A stretch of DNA of 64,000 nucleotides from Leidyana gryllorum EB-2025a (lineage: Eukaryota > Protista > Apicomplexa). Location: assembly GCA_048772705.1 (NCBI GenBank), contig JBLWGC010000202.1, positions 1-64,000 of the forward strand. Reading direction: 5' to 3'. Position 1 is the first letter of the stretch; every line of letters starts with the position of its first letter. The notes beneath the pieces are model-generated. The model was not told the origin of the DNA. It did not search any database and worked only from the letters and a program-made list of their open reading frames with translations. This document shows, piece after piece, positions 13,865-26,007 of this stretch. The translations under genes were made by a program, and so were the position numbers.

Positions 13865-14894
13865 ATGCTCAAAACTCTCTGGTTCACCACATATTTCGTC
13901 ACATCCGCCCTCTTCGTCCTCCTCAATCGAGCAATCCTCCGCCAGTTTGAGCACCCCATCTTTGTAACGGCCTTCCAGCAATCCGTCGTGGCCATATGTG
14001 CCACTATATACACATCCTCAAGATCTCATGACCCTTCCCCAAAGGGTGCCGGTGGCTACACAATACCCTACGGCCTCAGTTACAGGGGATTCAAAGTCGC
14101 CTTCCCCTGTATCGGACTTTTTCTCCTCATGGTGGTACTCAACAACTACTGCCTGAGGTACACCTCTGTCGCCGGATATGTGGTCGCTCGGGCATCCACT
14201 CTCGTCTTCAATATAATGCTCAGCTCACTGTGGCTGGGACTACACTGCTCCCCACACGAGCTGCTCAGCTGTGCTCTGGTCTGCGGAGCTCTATTGGTCG
14301 GGGCCGAAAGCATTTCAATCAAGTCGAGTGACTTCGCAGGACTCCTCACCGGAGTCTGCTCGTCGCTCTCTCAGGCGGGCTTCTCTTGTGTTGTCGCCGG
14401 AATAATGCGCAAACATCGCGGACTCTCCTCCATCACGCTACTCTGCCATTACACCGTGGGATCCGCGGCTGCTCTACTGTTATTGCTTATGTTCTACCCT
14501 CCACCGCTCACCTCACCACCCTATCTCCTTCTCCTCACATCCGGTAGGTCCTTCAATATCCGATCACTCGAAAAGAGTCCTCCGCCTCCCACTCGCCACC
14601 CCCCTTGAGTCGAACTTCCCAGATTGCTGTTGTGCTGCCGTAGGCCTATTGAACACTATCGTAGCCCTGTCTGCGGTATCCAGTCTGCAGGTGTCGTCCC
14701 CAGTAACCGTTAATCTGGTAGGATACGCAAAGTCCTGCCTCCAATCGCTATTGAGCATCTTGATACTCAAAGAGCCCTTCGAGATGAACAAGATGATCGC
14801 ATTGATCATGACCGTCATGGGGGCGGCATGGTACAGCAGCGAGCGCACTCGAGATGTTCGCTCCGCAGTCGACGTTTCTAGCGATGAGTATTGA
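13865..14894 (+). CDS. Nucleotide-sugar transporter (SLC35C/GDP-fucose transporter-like, DMT superfamily)
   Basis: Multi-TM protein with LNNYCLRYTSVAGYVVARASTLVFN and SSPVTVNLVGYAKSCLQ. Intron at about 14544-14643. Confidence 0.8.
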
Positions 14895-14931
14895 ATCAAT
14901 GAATGACCGGTCAACTGATGAAGAGAGCGTT

Positions 14932-17900
14932 TCAAGCCTTAGCTCGCGCAGCTTTGGCACGCGCTTTGATATCCTCAATCTCCTTAATAACATCGTCCAT
15001 TGACCTGATGGGCTCCATTAGAACCTGACGTTCGGCAGATCGACTTACGCGAAACCCTGAGCCTCAAGGCAGTCTTCAGGATCCTCCTGAAGTTCCCCTC
15101 CAAGGTTTTCCATCAGCTGAGGGATTATTATCTCGAGTCGAACAGGGACCCATTTTACCTTTTCTTCGTTCGCTGTGAGATGTGTTAATAACGCTCGGGT
15201 GCGGCTCTTCTTGCAATCCTGCAGACTGAACAAATCCTGCAGTTCTTTGACAGTGAACCATCTGAAAGTTCATTAAGCATGTGATCTAACGATAAACACC
15301 AAACCACTCACGCTTTGTGTCCACTGCCAAGCAGTACTGAAGACGATAGGTTCATTTTGTACAACTGCAGACGAAGCATGTTATCTTCGATCGCTCCTCC
15401 CAAGATGAATCGGAACACTTTGACAGACCGCGTCTGCCCCATACGGTGAGCTCGATCTATAGCTTGAGCGTCTTTGGCAGGATTCCATGAGGGATCAAGG
15501 ATCACCACTCTGTCAGCTCGCACCAAGTTCAAGCCCAAACACCCAGCTGTCGCGGGTGGTCGATAGGAGAAGAAATTACCACAGACTCACCTCCAGTACT
15601 TAGCAACATAACCTTCACCTCTTCCATCTCGTTAAAGTCACTGATCGCTTGAGTTCGTTTATTCATACTCAAACTGCCGTCAACTCGTCGCCACTCAATA
15701 CCGATATCCTTCATGACGCAAACTTCCACCAGATCAAGCCTGAGCCAATCAGATATCTGCCAGTCCCAAATAAGAAGCCTCACGTAGCGGTCGATTCTGA
15801 AAAGACCAAGGTCACGTGGCCGCCCAGCGCCAGACGCGGCAGGAGCTTGTACAGCGCCAACAACTTTGGACAAGCTTCCCTCAGTGCTTCCGTGGAGCTC
15901 TGGTCAATACGAGAGTCAATGCGAGCAATGTCGCTCTCGAGATTCGTCTCGTCCTGTCCGGCGGCATCATCGGTGGCGGTATCCCATTGTGATTGAGACT
16001 TGGTCGAAGAAATTTCGATAGTGTCCAAATCTGCATCGGGGTCATCCTTTGGGATCCCAGTCGTCCCGTGTCTCCACGTTTGCAAGTGTGTGCTACGACC
16101 AAATGTGTGTCTCACCCAGCGACAAGGGCTTACGGAAGGCACAAGACAGGATGCCGGCACAGCTTCTTGAGATAGTTGACATTGAAGAGGAGCTGTGATC
16201 GATTCCGGTAGTTGATTCGATGTCGGACCGACTCGTAGATTTCCCTTTGCAAGGGTGTGAGGTCCTGCCAAACTACAATGTCCATTTTCCGGGGCAGGTA
16301 CAGCTGTCTCGATGCCGGGGACGTGCAGGAGGTCAACTGTGAGAGGGCCGGGGTGGTGTCTCCGCGGGTGGCCTCACAACTTCGATCATCGTCAAGATCA
16401 ACAGAACTTTGTGGGTTGGAAGACGGCATTTCCGGGAAGATTTCTTCTTTCGTCCGCCTCAAGATATACGGCTGAATGATGTCACGCATTTGTTTGGTCA
16501 ATTTGTCTCGCCGATCATCGGTGCCGTACGCTTTTCGGTTCAACAAGCAGGCGTATGTTCGCTGTGTGTATACGCAGTGTCAAATGATAAGTCGTCGGTC
16601 AAAATACTCACGCTGAATTCCGCATAGCTTCCGAATATACCCGGCTGAGCGAGATCCGCCAGAGCCCATAGCTCGTCATACCGATTCATGATGGGAGTTC
16701 CTGTCAATAGGATTCGGCAGCGCGCTCGGATTTGTTGTGTCGCTTTCCATAAGGTGGTGGAGTGATTCTGAGTGTTGCGATTCCATGGTAGATTGCACAC
16801 TTCACCTCACCTTCATGGCGGTGGCTTCATCAGCGACCCAAATGTCCCAAGGCCGAAGCACGCCAGGTACTTCTCGGAGATCTTTGAGGGAAGATCTGAA
16901 GGTCTCATAGGTTGTCAAAATCCCAAACTTGTCATTATCAGCTTGGAGCTTCCTCAAGCGGTTCTCTCGTCCCGCCCCGATATATATCTGTACGGGAAAG
17001 TCTGGGACCAATTTGAAAAGATGGTCAGCCCATTGTTCCAAGACTGATTTGGGCGCTAGGATCAGAGCATGAGACATCTTGTTGGCGGCCACCAGATTAC
17101 GTAGCAGCACGGCAGCTTGAACGGTTTTACCCAAACCCATATCATCAGCCAGGATACAGCCTTGGCGGCGTCTGGCAAAGTTAGACAGCCATTTCACGCC
17201 GATGACTTGATGCGGATGACTGTAACAACAATGTGATCTGCTCTTTGTGGACCGTCGGGAACTCACAGAATATAATCGGTACCGTCCTGCAGGACGAAGC
17301 GATCCTCTCCGGGCTCAATTTTCATCCTTTGAGCTTCAACCGGTATCATTTTGCCAACCGGAGGGTCGGAATTACTGTTATCGGTTGTGAGAAGGAGCAC
17401 CGGGTCGGTGGGCTGCTCAACCTGAGTGACTTCGTGCTTCACTTGAGGCAAAGGCTGATCGACGACTTTGACCTGAGGCCGCTCTGGGAGTGACGGTGGC
17501 GCGGGAACTGGGGGGGTCGGACGTAAGGTGCTCGGATGAGTGCGGGTGGGTTTCAGGAATCCGCTGCGAGCAAAGTCTCTGGGCAATTCGCCTCTCCGCG
17601 AGGGCGAGTTGCGTTTCTTCGCGCTGGAGATAGGACGGGAGGTCGAAGCCGAGTGGTCCTCAGACTGTGCAACGGCTGGTTGGGTAGGCTGCACCTCGGG
17701 TTCAACTTGGGGTTCAACAGCAGTCGATGGCACTTCCTCCTGAGGTGGCAGCGCCGACTCGGTTTGCTCCTCATCGCTGAGAGATGTGTTGGGTTGGGCT
17801 TCGTTCTCAGCCTCAATATTGTCTCCCTCTGCGGCTCCGAACGCCGCTTGCTCGACGTCGTCCTGCTGCTGATCTGTAAACTTGGACGGGAAGTCGAGGG

Positions 17901-18438
17901 CTGTGGAGTCGCCAGCAGCGCTGAAGAGGGCCGCGAAAGCGCCTCCTTCTCGGTCTCTGGTATCTGGAAGGGCGGCAGCAAGAGAGATGACTTGGGGAGG
18001 AGGCGGCATCGGCGGCAGAGTGAGAGTGGCCGTGCTATTGTCACTGCTCGACACTGGAGTTTCCCATGTGTACGTATTGGCATTGAACTTCTTTCCTTCA
18101 GCGTTTCTGACCCCAGGGGCCGGAATTGTCTCGTCCATCAATATGCTCCCTCGAAACACTCTGTTTGCGGTGGCCGGTCGATTGACAATGGGAGGAGGGG
18201 CATTCACTGGCATTGTTGTGGGCTCCATAAGGATACTTCCACGCGCGGGAACTTTGGGCTGGCGCTCATCATCGTGTTGAGCGTCGGTCGGATGAACCTC
18301 TTGTGCCGGCAGGCGGCGGTCTTCGCTACTACTACTATCGCGGGATCGGAGATCAGACGAAGATGACTGTTCGCCATCATCGATGTCACTGTCGGAACCG
18401 AACAAGATCTGGGCTGGGGTCTTTGGTTGAGAGTCCAT
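14932..18438 (-). CDS. SNF2-family ATPase (ERCC6L/PICH- or CSB-like), multi-exon, with low-complexity N-terminus
   Basis: GCILADDMGLGKTVQ, ILLTGTPIMN, ILRRTKEE, KKLCRHP, GLNLVRADRVVILDPSWNPAKDAQAIDRAHRMGQ. Confidence 0.9.
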
Positions 18439-18515
18439 TAATCGTCTCGGTTTATGTGTCAGTTTTCAAAGCAGAGAATGAAGAATGAAACGCGAAGCGG
18501 CTAGTGTGGGATCAT

Positions 18516-19124
18516 TCATGCAATGCCAAAGCGGAAGACCTCGTTGTTAACTGGCGATGGAGTGTGTGTCCACAGAGTCAAAAGCTACTCAGATACTTAC
18601 TATACCAGGAACCCTGAGGGGTGGACATCAGGAGGAAAACGTGGGTGAATGGCAGCTCGCTCGCACCGTCAATCTTCATGTAACCTGAAGAAGTACAAAG
18701 TGTCAATGTTACGAGAACAATCAATGAACTCCGACTGCCGATGAGCGCAGTGAACCCGACTGTTGGCAGGTGCGCCAGAGACGGAGAATTACCACACGGA
18801 CCGAACGCACACACGTGTGTGGGCAATGTCTGAGCTGTGATTCTTACCAGTAACAACGATGAGGAGACCGCTACCCGGAGTAACCTGAATGTCGTGTTTC
18901 AGGTTGTGGTACTCAACGGAACTGAAGCGGATGCGCTCGAAACAAGTGGGGATGGGATCAACATCAGAGCCGGGAACAACAGTCAGCCCCTTGTAGGGTT
19001 TGAGGTCCCAGTGGAGTTGGGATGACTCGGTGTAGAAGTTGCGAAGCTCGGCTCTGTTAGTCCTCAACGCCTTGAAGTAGGCTTCCAGGAACTGAGTGCC
19101 AACGGTCTGGGGTGTGACGGCCAT
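18516..19124 (-). CDS. Nuclear transport factor 2-like protein, 3 exons
   Basis: VGTQFLEAYF..LRNFY..SQL, LLIVVTG, FTHVFLL. Last exon gives WYINNEVFRF. Confidence 0.8.
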
Positions 19125-19263
19125 CTCGCTACTGCTCAGCTCAAGGAAAAATTTATTAGAGGTCTTAAGGCACAAACACACACGTCTCTCTCTCGCTCTC
19201 TCTAGTCTAGAGGTCGCCAAGCATTCAATCAGAGTTAGTGGTCAATCAATACATTACAATACA

Positions 19264-22200
19264 TTAGTCCCCATCACTGGTTGTGGGATCAACGAAGCCA
19301 AACTTGGTGGCAAAGGCACGCATCGTGACTTCATTTGGGGGAGCTGAGGGCAGGCCCGCTTTACTGCTGCTTCTGAGACTTTGGGAGCGTAACTGTGCCC
19401 TGACGCTACCACCAGTGACGGTTGAGGAGGTACCTGAGGAGTGTTCCATTGAGTTAACAGCGGTGGTAGTTCGCCCTCGACCGCGCTCGTTTGACGTCGA
19501 AATGTCGAGGGGTGGCACAGTCGCCGAGGCAGCTTTCACTGGGCAGCGAGGCGGGCGGTCACCGAAGGACTGTTTCGAGTAGCCGACCCGTGCCCGGTCC
19601 ACCGAAATTCGTCTTCGAGCGCCGCCATCCCCTGAGACTCTTCGTCCAGAAGAGTCCATTGACATTCTTCGTCGTGGTGGAGGCTGCTGGTGCGGCCGCG
19701 CCTCTGTTAGGTCAGCCCCGTCGTCCAGTGACGTTGCAGTACTGCCAGGAAGCTTTACTGGCGCCTTTGGAATGACCCCTTTGATTCCTCCCAGTGTTGT
19801 CCGCTCCTTGCCTCCTTGTGTACTCAACTTGTGGTCGTTCATGGGTAGTGATGGGACCCTCCGTAAATGATTAACCAGAAACGCAGAAGGCTTTTCCTCC
19901 CCACAGCCGCCACTCTCATTGTGAGCTGGTGGCAATGCATTTTCTACCTCCACCAACTGGGCACTCGATGGTGGAATGCGACTCCCGACCAACGAGCGCC
20001 GTATGCACTTCCCCGACGGGTCAGTGGCTGCCACGGGGGACTGATTACTCTGCCGTTCACGGCTCTGTAATCGCTGGAGCGGTTTAAGTTGGCCCAATGG
20101 AAACTGTGTCATTGTAGGCGCCCTGGGAAAAGAAGACGACTTCCCAGAAGACCCACCCAGAGATGCTTTACGGCGCAAAGATCCTTCACGACGCAAAGAT
20201 CCTTCAGCTGACAGTCCCCACTCCCCGCGCTGAGACTCAGGGGCCGATGGTACGAAGCCATCGGCAACGCTCGACCGACCTGAACGAGGGCGAGAGGGAA
20301 GAGGCAGATGCTGCTGCTGGGGTTGGCGACTCAAACTCGGTGCTCTTGCCGATCGGTTTGAAGAGGTAGAAATGCGAGCACTCGGCAACCGCACGTGCTG
20401 CGGCGGGTGCCCAGCTGCAGATTGAACTGGAACACTTGGGGGATGTGGAACGCGGGGAGGCGGCCGATGTGATGACGTCACCACTTCCACGTCTGGCCGC
20501 TGCTGTGGCTGGGAGTAGTTTTCGCCACCGCCAGACCAAATAGATTCCGACGTGGGACGTGACACGTGGGTCACTCCACCGTCTGCGGTATTGCCACCGG
20601 GCATTGAACCTAAACACTCCACAGACGGGGAGCGGTCTCGTGATTGACGTGGTGGAGGGGGCGGCTGCGCGGGGAGGGTCGACGACGGAGGCGGCAGAGG
20701 AGGAATTGTGAGGCTCTCTTTGACCGCCGCTGGTGGAGTCTCTTGCGGTGTGGAGATTGGAACCTGGAGAGGCGGCTGCTCAGAGCCAGCCCGATCCCGT
20801 CGCCAACGCTCATCTGCGTCGTGAGCCATTGTTGGCGGAACATGTGACGTGCTTTTCGATATTGCTGGGAAATTGGTCGTCGAACCGAAAGAAGATTGAT
20901 CAAGGTCAGTCATCTTCCTGGACATCTCTAATGGTGCCGACCCGAAATCGGACACTATACGAGAACGCCCTGATGCCTGAAGTCGCATAGATGGAGATAC
21001 GCGCAAATTCCGCTGTGCTATAGCAGTAGATGAACAACTGTGATTGTCACAGTGGGCAAGTGACTTCTGAAAGTTTGCGCGTGCGGCCGATTCCATTGAG
21101 CTCGCTAATGTCTCAAACACTCTCTTCACCGTCTCTACCACACTTGCCGCCGAGGCTGGGATTCTCTGCGAGCCACCGTACTGCTTCGCATCAAATGCGT
21201 CGGCAAATTGTTGCAACTTCTTCACCAGCTCCCTCCCCCTGCCTCGCGTATCTGCCAACTTGTCTCCGATCGCCATCGCCCCGATCTGGGCAGAAACCAT
21301 CAACATTGCCTCCAGCTCCGCGCATAGATCGGAGGGCAGCAAGCTTTCCGCTGGGTTCACTGCCGCCAACCTCCGGGTCGCTTCCGCTCCCCAAGCCGCA
21401 GTCACTAGGCCCGCCACTCTGTATATGTAGCGCGAGTTCCGGAAGTTGTCCTTCGCCAGCCTCAAGACAGTTGGTAGCAGTGGATCCTGCGAAGACGTAT
21501 AGGTATGGCCAACACACGGTGAAGTGAGTGTGACACGACCAGCCCAGCGGCACCGGGAGACGTTTAAGGCGCAATAAACACCATTTGCACAACATATCAA
21601 ACAGATATCGCATTTATGCACACGCGTGTCTGCGGCCGGTTATGCCGGTCCAAGCCTGACAATCCCGTTCCAGACACCATCCGCAAATGCAACTGGTGGC
21701 GTTTACATGAAGTTTCCAGACGTAAGCTTACGAGCACTTTGGGTATTTCGGCGATTTGAATCGCCACTTCCTCAGCTTTCTGTTGGATGAATTTGCTTTT
21801 GGCGGGGGATGAGGCCTTGCTTATCAGCGTGCCAAAGATGGTCATCATTCTCGATGTGATCTTAGCAGGTTGTTTCGCCGCCGCAGATTTGGCCGGCGGC
21901 GAATCGGACGAGCCTGCGGGCGAGGACATCGGACTGGGCCGTGTGGCTCGAGTCAAGAGTGTAGCCATGAGCGCTCGACACTCTTCAGAGAAGGTTAAGA
22001 CAGATAAAGTCCCTAACGCATGCATGGAGAGGGAAGATCGCAGTGAATTTGCGCAGGTCAGAATAGGTCCAAACCATATATCCAACGGCACGGTATGGCT
22101 TCGCAGCGAGATACCAAGATAGTTTGGTTGATACTTGGCAATCCTCTGAATTTCGGTCAAGGCCTCGAATTGCTCCTGCAAACGAATAGTGAGTGCCCGT

Positions 22201-22392
22201 CGCCCCTCGACGACCTTTGTGCAAACCAAGTCGCCACCCGCTGCTCACCTTCCAGTCCGCTTGGTTCTCGAGCCTCTCTTTGAGGCTATCCACATGGCTT
22301 TCGCAAGCAATGGTCGGGAGGTCGATGGGTGTCAGATCCTCATAGCGAACATAGTCACATCCACCGTAGTCAATGGGTGTCTTCGTACTCAT
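19264..22392 (-). CDS. TOG/CLASP-N-like HEAT protein with long Ser/Pro/Arg-rich tail
   Basis: DWKEQFEALTEIQRI, ANSLRSSLSMHAL, KFIQQKAEE. Confidence 0.6.
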
Positions 22393-22490
22393 TTGGGCCC
22401 AGTGTGCTTTCTGGGTCGGTATATATATCTAGCTAGCAGCGCTCCACAACGGTCAAAACCAAATATCTATATACACGAGACGTCTTCATT

Positions 22491-25073
22491 CTATCCACTA
22501 TTGTGCAGTTTGCTGATCTGAGGCAGCAGCCACGCCGCCTGCTTGACCGTCTGATGCCCGTCGCCCCCCTCGCCCACAGGCAGAACCACAGCACAACGAC
22601 ATGCTCGCAGAGGAGGCGTCGCCTCTGCCCCACTTGGACGACCTGAGGTCGACGACGCGCCTGCCGATGACAGAATGCCGCGTGGGCTTCCGAGCAAAAC
22701 ATTCTTAGTACTGGCGAAACCACCCCTGCTCAGTGCTATCTCCACTACCACAATAGCCACTGCTCCGCGACTCTCCTCGCCACTGCAACTCTTCTTGGGA
22801 CCCCTGAACGAGGGGAGGGCTTTGAGACAGTACACTAATTCACTAATCTCCCCATTCCGCTGTCGTAATCTGTGCCGATACGGCGACGAGCTCTCGGCCA
22901 ACCCACACTCCTTGATCGATGTTGGGAGATCCAGGATCACCCCCTCGAGGTCGTTCTCCCCCACACTTTGGATATAATCTTCGTAAACGGTATCGGGAGC
23001 AAAGAAGCGCGGATTAGTGGTCGCCAGACGCATCGCTGCAGCCAAACTATGACATATTCCCGACACTGTGGGCTCCGAGCGGTTCATTTTCATCACTCGC
23101 CCGTTCAGCAGGTTGAGTGCCAGAACGTGACGCAAAGCTCTCCAGTACACCAATCGGACGTCCACCTTCTCACTCAAAGACGCCGGACGCACCTGACAGC
23201 CCAAAGCTAACTTTTCCAGGAATGAGTGGCCCCCAAGTCGCTCATCCACTATGGACTGTCTGAAAAGAGTGGTCGCTGGACCTGTCTGAACTCGCAGAAA
23301 TTCCACTGGCGACCCCTGGCACCCTAAGGCCGTCAGGACTGCGTCACGGATTCCTGCGCATTTGATGCCAAATAACAACAAACGATGTAACGATCCGTCC
23401 TTTCCTGCTGGCATCGGACTTCTGTGTTCGCATTTGAACACTCTGTCAGCCGATAGATCGTCACTCCCAACTCCCTCAATGATCTTCCGGTAGGTTCCCG
23501 GGTCAGCAACGGCAAAGATTTCCAGCAAATATTCATTCATGCCCTGGACATTGGTAGAACGGAGTCGGCAAACGTACTCCTTCTCCGCGTCAGCCGCTAC
23601 AAACACCTTCCACCTCTTCGGAGTCGCACCGACTTCGTCCACACTCGCTTGCTGATCAATGTAACTCTGTATACACGGGTCCGAGAGCGACAAGATTTCT
23701 TGATTCTTCTGCTGGCTCGGAGCGGTACTGGCCACAGTTCCCGGCATTTCAATAGGAGATGACAAAGACCTCAAGCATCGCGACTGCCGAGCGTCACTCG
23801 TCATTGTGCCTATACGGGTCCGCCGTCCTCCGTCAGGGATTCCAGGAGCCTCCTCGCCCACCACTGGCCACTCCCCTCCCCTCTCGTTGCCACAGTTCCG
23901 GGCGGCTGCCGCTGTCGGCGGACGGGGAGGCCGTCTGTTGTACATCTGGGGGAGAGGAGGCCGGCCAACCGGCAGTCCCGTCGTCTCTGACAGCGATGGT
24001 GCCGTAGGTTTCGCGTCCGATGGCGTAGGCAGGGCCGGCGACACACGGCCGACTCCGAGCGGAGAGGTCACGCTCGGAGAGCAGCTGACGATGTCAACTT
24101 CTCCAGTGGCGCCCGCAGTAGGCATTAAAGTCTTCCGGCTGTAAATCGTATGAGCGGCGGCCAGCGTCCGCAAAAACCGTTGGGCCTGACGGAAGAGCAC
24201 CGCACTTCTCCGCAGAGACCTGGACAACCGGGCAAAAGGGTAGGACACCATCACCTCGCCGTCGTCACCACTTGTGAGCGAAACGCATAAGAGGACGCCC
24301 TCAGACGGGTCAGGAAAGGGACAAACGTCGATACAGTATTGATATGACACTTCGTCACAACCAGTGACACACACAGTTGAGCAATCTCTGCTCATCTGTT
24401 CATCGATCGCCCACCCACGCACCTTGGCAGGTATATCGGCCAAATCGATCTCACAATCTTCAACCTCAAGAGGTTCTATGTCGGCCAGTAGAGGGCTCAC
24501 AGAGATAGCAGGACGTAAGAAACCGGTTTGGGAGTCTAACACAAAGGCGCGGCGACTAACATGAGGGTCCAGCAACCCGTTCCAAGCTTGACGAAGAACT
24601 CTACTCATGGCACGAAGCGATAACTCTTTCAATCTGTAGACCGATAGATTGTAAGTGGCATTATCGTAAAGCACAAATGCCTTTAAAGGTCGGAAAAAGA
24701 GTAATCGCTTCTCCTGAAACTCCTCGAACGGACAGAAGTTCTCGATAGCAAAGTCAGCCATTGCCACAACCGCGTCCTCGGCGAGATCACAGGAAGTCCA
24801 AAAGTTCCAGACGTCCTCCTTGACGGCTCCTGTATTCTCTGTGCGGACTCCAGCCAGCTCGGTGGATAGTAAATAAACTATCTGCGTCTCCAGTGGACAG
24901 CCAGACAGCTCCCCATCAACGGCTGGCAAACCACTGGCCGACCAAACAATCCTCGGAACAGGTTCGCACGCATCTTTGATAAGAGCACTAAAGTCCTGCC
25001 GCACCGTGACCGTCAAGCCATCGGCAATAGCCGATTCATTCTCAGAGGTGTCGATATAGGCAGCAACTGGCAT
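22491..25073 (-). CDS. Hypothetical protein, about 860 aa
   Basis: Long uninterrupted ORF with first ATG at 25073. No family recognised. Confidence 0.6.
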   Translation of the reverse strand: MPVAAYIDTSENESAIADGLTVTVRQDFSALIKDACEPVPRIVWSASGLPAVDGELSGCPLETQIVYLLSTELAGVRTENTGAVKEDVWNFWTSCDLAEDAVVAMADFAIENFCPFEEFQEKRLLFFRPLKAFVLYDNATYNLSVYRLKELSLRAMSRVLRQAWNGLLDPHVSRRAFVLDSQTGFLRPAISVSPLLADIEPLEVEDCEIDLADIPAKVRGWAIDEQMSRDCSTVCVTGCDEVSYQYCIDVCPFPDPSEGVLLCVSLTSGDDGEVMVSYPFARLSRSLRRSAVLFRQAQRFLRTLAAAHTIYSRKTLMPTAGATGEVDIVSCSPSVTSPLGVGRVSPALPTPSDAKPTAPSLSETTGLPVGRPPLPQMYNRRPPRPPTAAAARNCGNERGGEWPVVGEEAPGIPDGGRRTRIGTMTSDARQSRCLRSLSSPIEMPGTVASTAPSQQKNQEILSLSDPCIQSYIDQQASVDEVGATPKRWKVFVAADAEKEYVCRLRSTNVQGMNEYLLEIFAVADPGTYRKIIEGVGSDDLSADRVFKCEHRSPMPAGKDGSLHRLLLFGIKCAGIRDAVLTALGCQGSPVEFLRVQTGPATTLFRQSIVDERLGGHSFLEKLALGCQVRPASLSEKVDVRLVYWRALRHVLALNLLNGRVMKMNRSEPTVSGICHSLAAAMRLATTNPRFFAPDTVYEDYIQSVGENDLEGVILDLPTSIKECGLAESSSPYRHRLRQRNGEISELVYCLKALPSFRGPKKSCSGEESRGAVAIVVVEIALSRGGFASTKNVLLGSPRGILSSAGASSTSGRPSGAEATPPLRACRCAVVLPVGEGGDGHQTVKQAAWLLPQISKLHNSG

Positions 25074-25111
25074 TTTGGCTAGGCTGCACGTCACATGCGT
25101 TGAAGGCGCAC

Positions 25112-25967
25112 TCAATCGTCTTCACCGGACGAGCTGTCACTCTCGGGTGGTGCCTCGACTGTACCATCTCTTTGAAGGGCACTTGTGAGGTTCTCGATAT
25201 TCAGGACACGTTCGCACGCGTTCAGCACACGATTTACATTGGTCTGCGGAAATGAGGAATCGTGTTCGGATGTGCCTTTTGGGAGACTCACTGCCGGAAC
25301 CACTGCGAAATCGGTGACTCGAAAGACGTTTTGAGTACACAGGATATCTTGAACGGCTTGCGAGAACACAATTTCGATGAGAAGGCTCTGACCATCGAGT
25401 GTAGCCAGTGGCACGGCCAAATGGTTATCCAAAGCCTCTCCAACTAGTCGTTGTTTCGCAGCGTAGTGCACCGTGAGCTTGTGGAGATAATCGGTTTGCA
25501 GTTTTTGCATGGCATCTTTGGCCAGAATCTGTATCGAGTGGTCTGTGTGTTGGTTGTATTGAGGTTACGGCTCACCTTGATGAGGGTATCGCCCTCTGGG
25601 GTCTCAACGCGGCCGGCCGATGAGGTATAGAGGTTGCGCATGACTTTACGGAACACTCTAATTGTTCTGGGCAGCCGATAATCCGGGCTGAACTCGATGA
25701 GTTGATTCTGGGTGGTATGCAGGAGGATGTGGAGGCGTTTGGCCTTGCGGATGGGGGAGTCGAAGGCCATAAGGAGCGCTTGATGTAATTTATTCATATT
25801 GATGTCCCCATCGTCTTCGAATTCTTCGGCGATTTCGGCCGCGGTTTGACGAAAGCGTCGTTTGCCACGTTTGAGGTCGACAGTGCTGTGGGGAAGATGT
25901 GAGTTTCGGGGTGAGCCGGAGGTGCTTACGCATGTGAGAGAAGGAGGGTGATGTTGGACGCTGGCAT
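25112..25967 (-). CDS. Divergent Nep1/EMG1-like SPOUT rRNA methyltransferase, 3 exons
   Basis: LHQALLMAFDSPIRKAKRLHILLHTTQNQLIEFSPDYRLPRT parallels EMG1 HQ.LL.LLDSPLNKAG.LQVYI.T..N.LIEV.P..RIPRT. Exon 1 is MPASNITLLLSH. Confidence 0.75.
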
Positions 25968-26007
25968 TGTTGGAGTTGGGCTAAAAAAAGTGGGAGTGAA
26001 TTTGGAG

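Noticed and set aside
25112-25115. Operon-like start/stop overlap between Nep1 and the next ORF
   Set aside because: The ORF-track start is TTG; the first ATG is at 25073.
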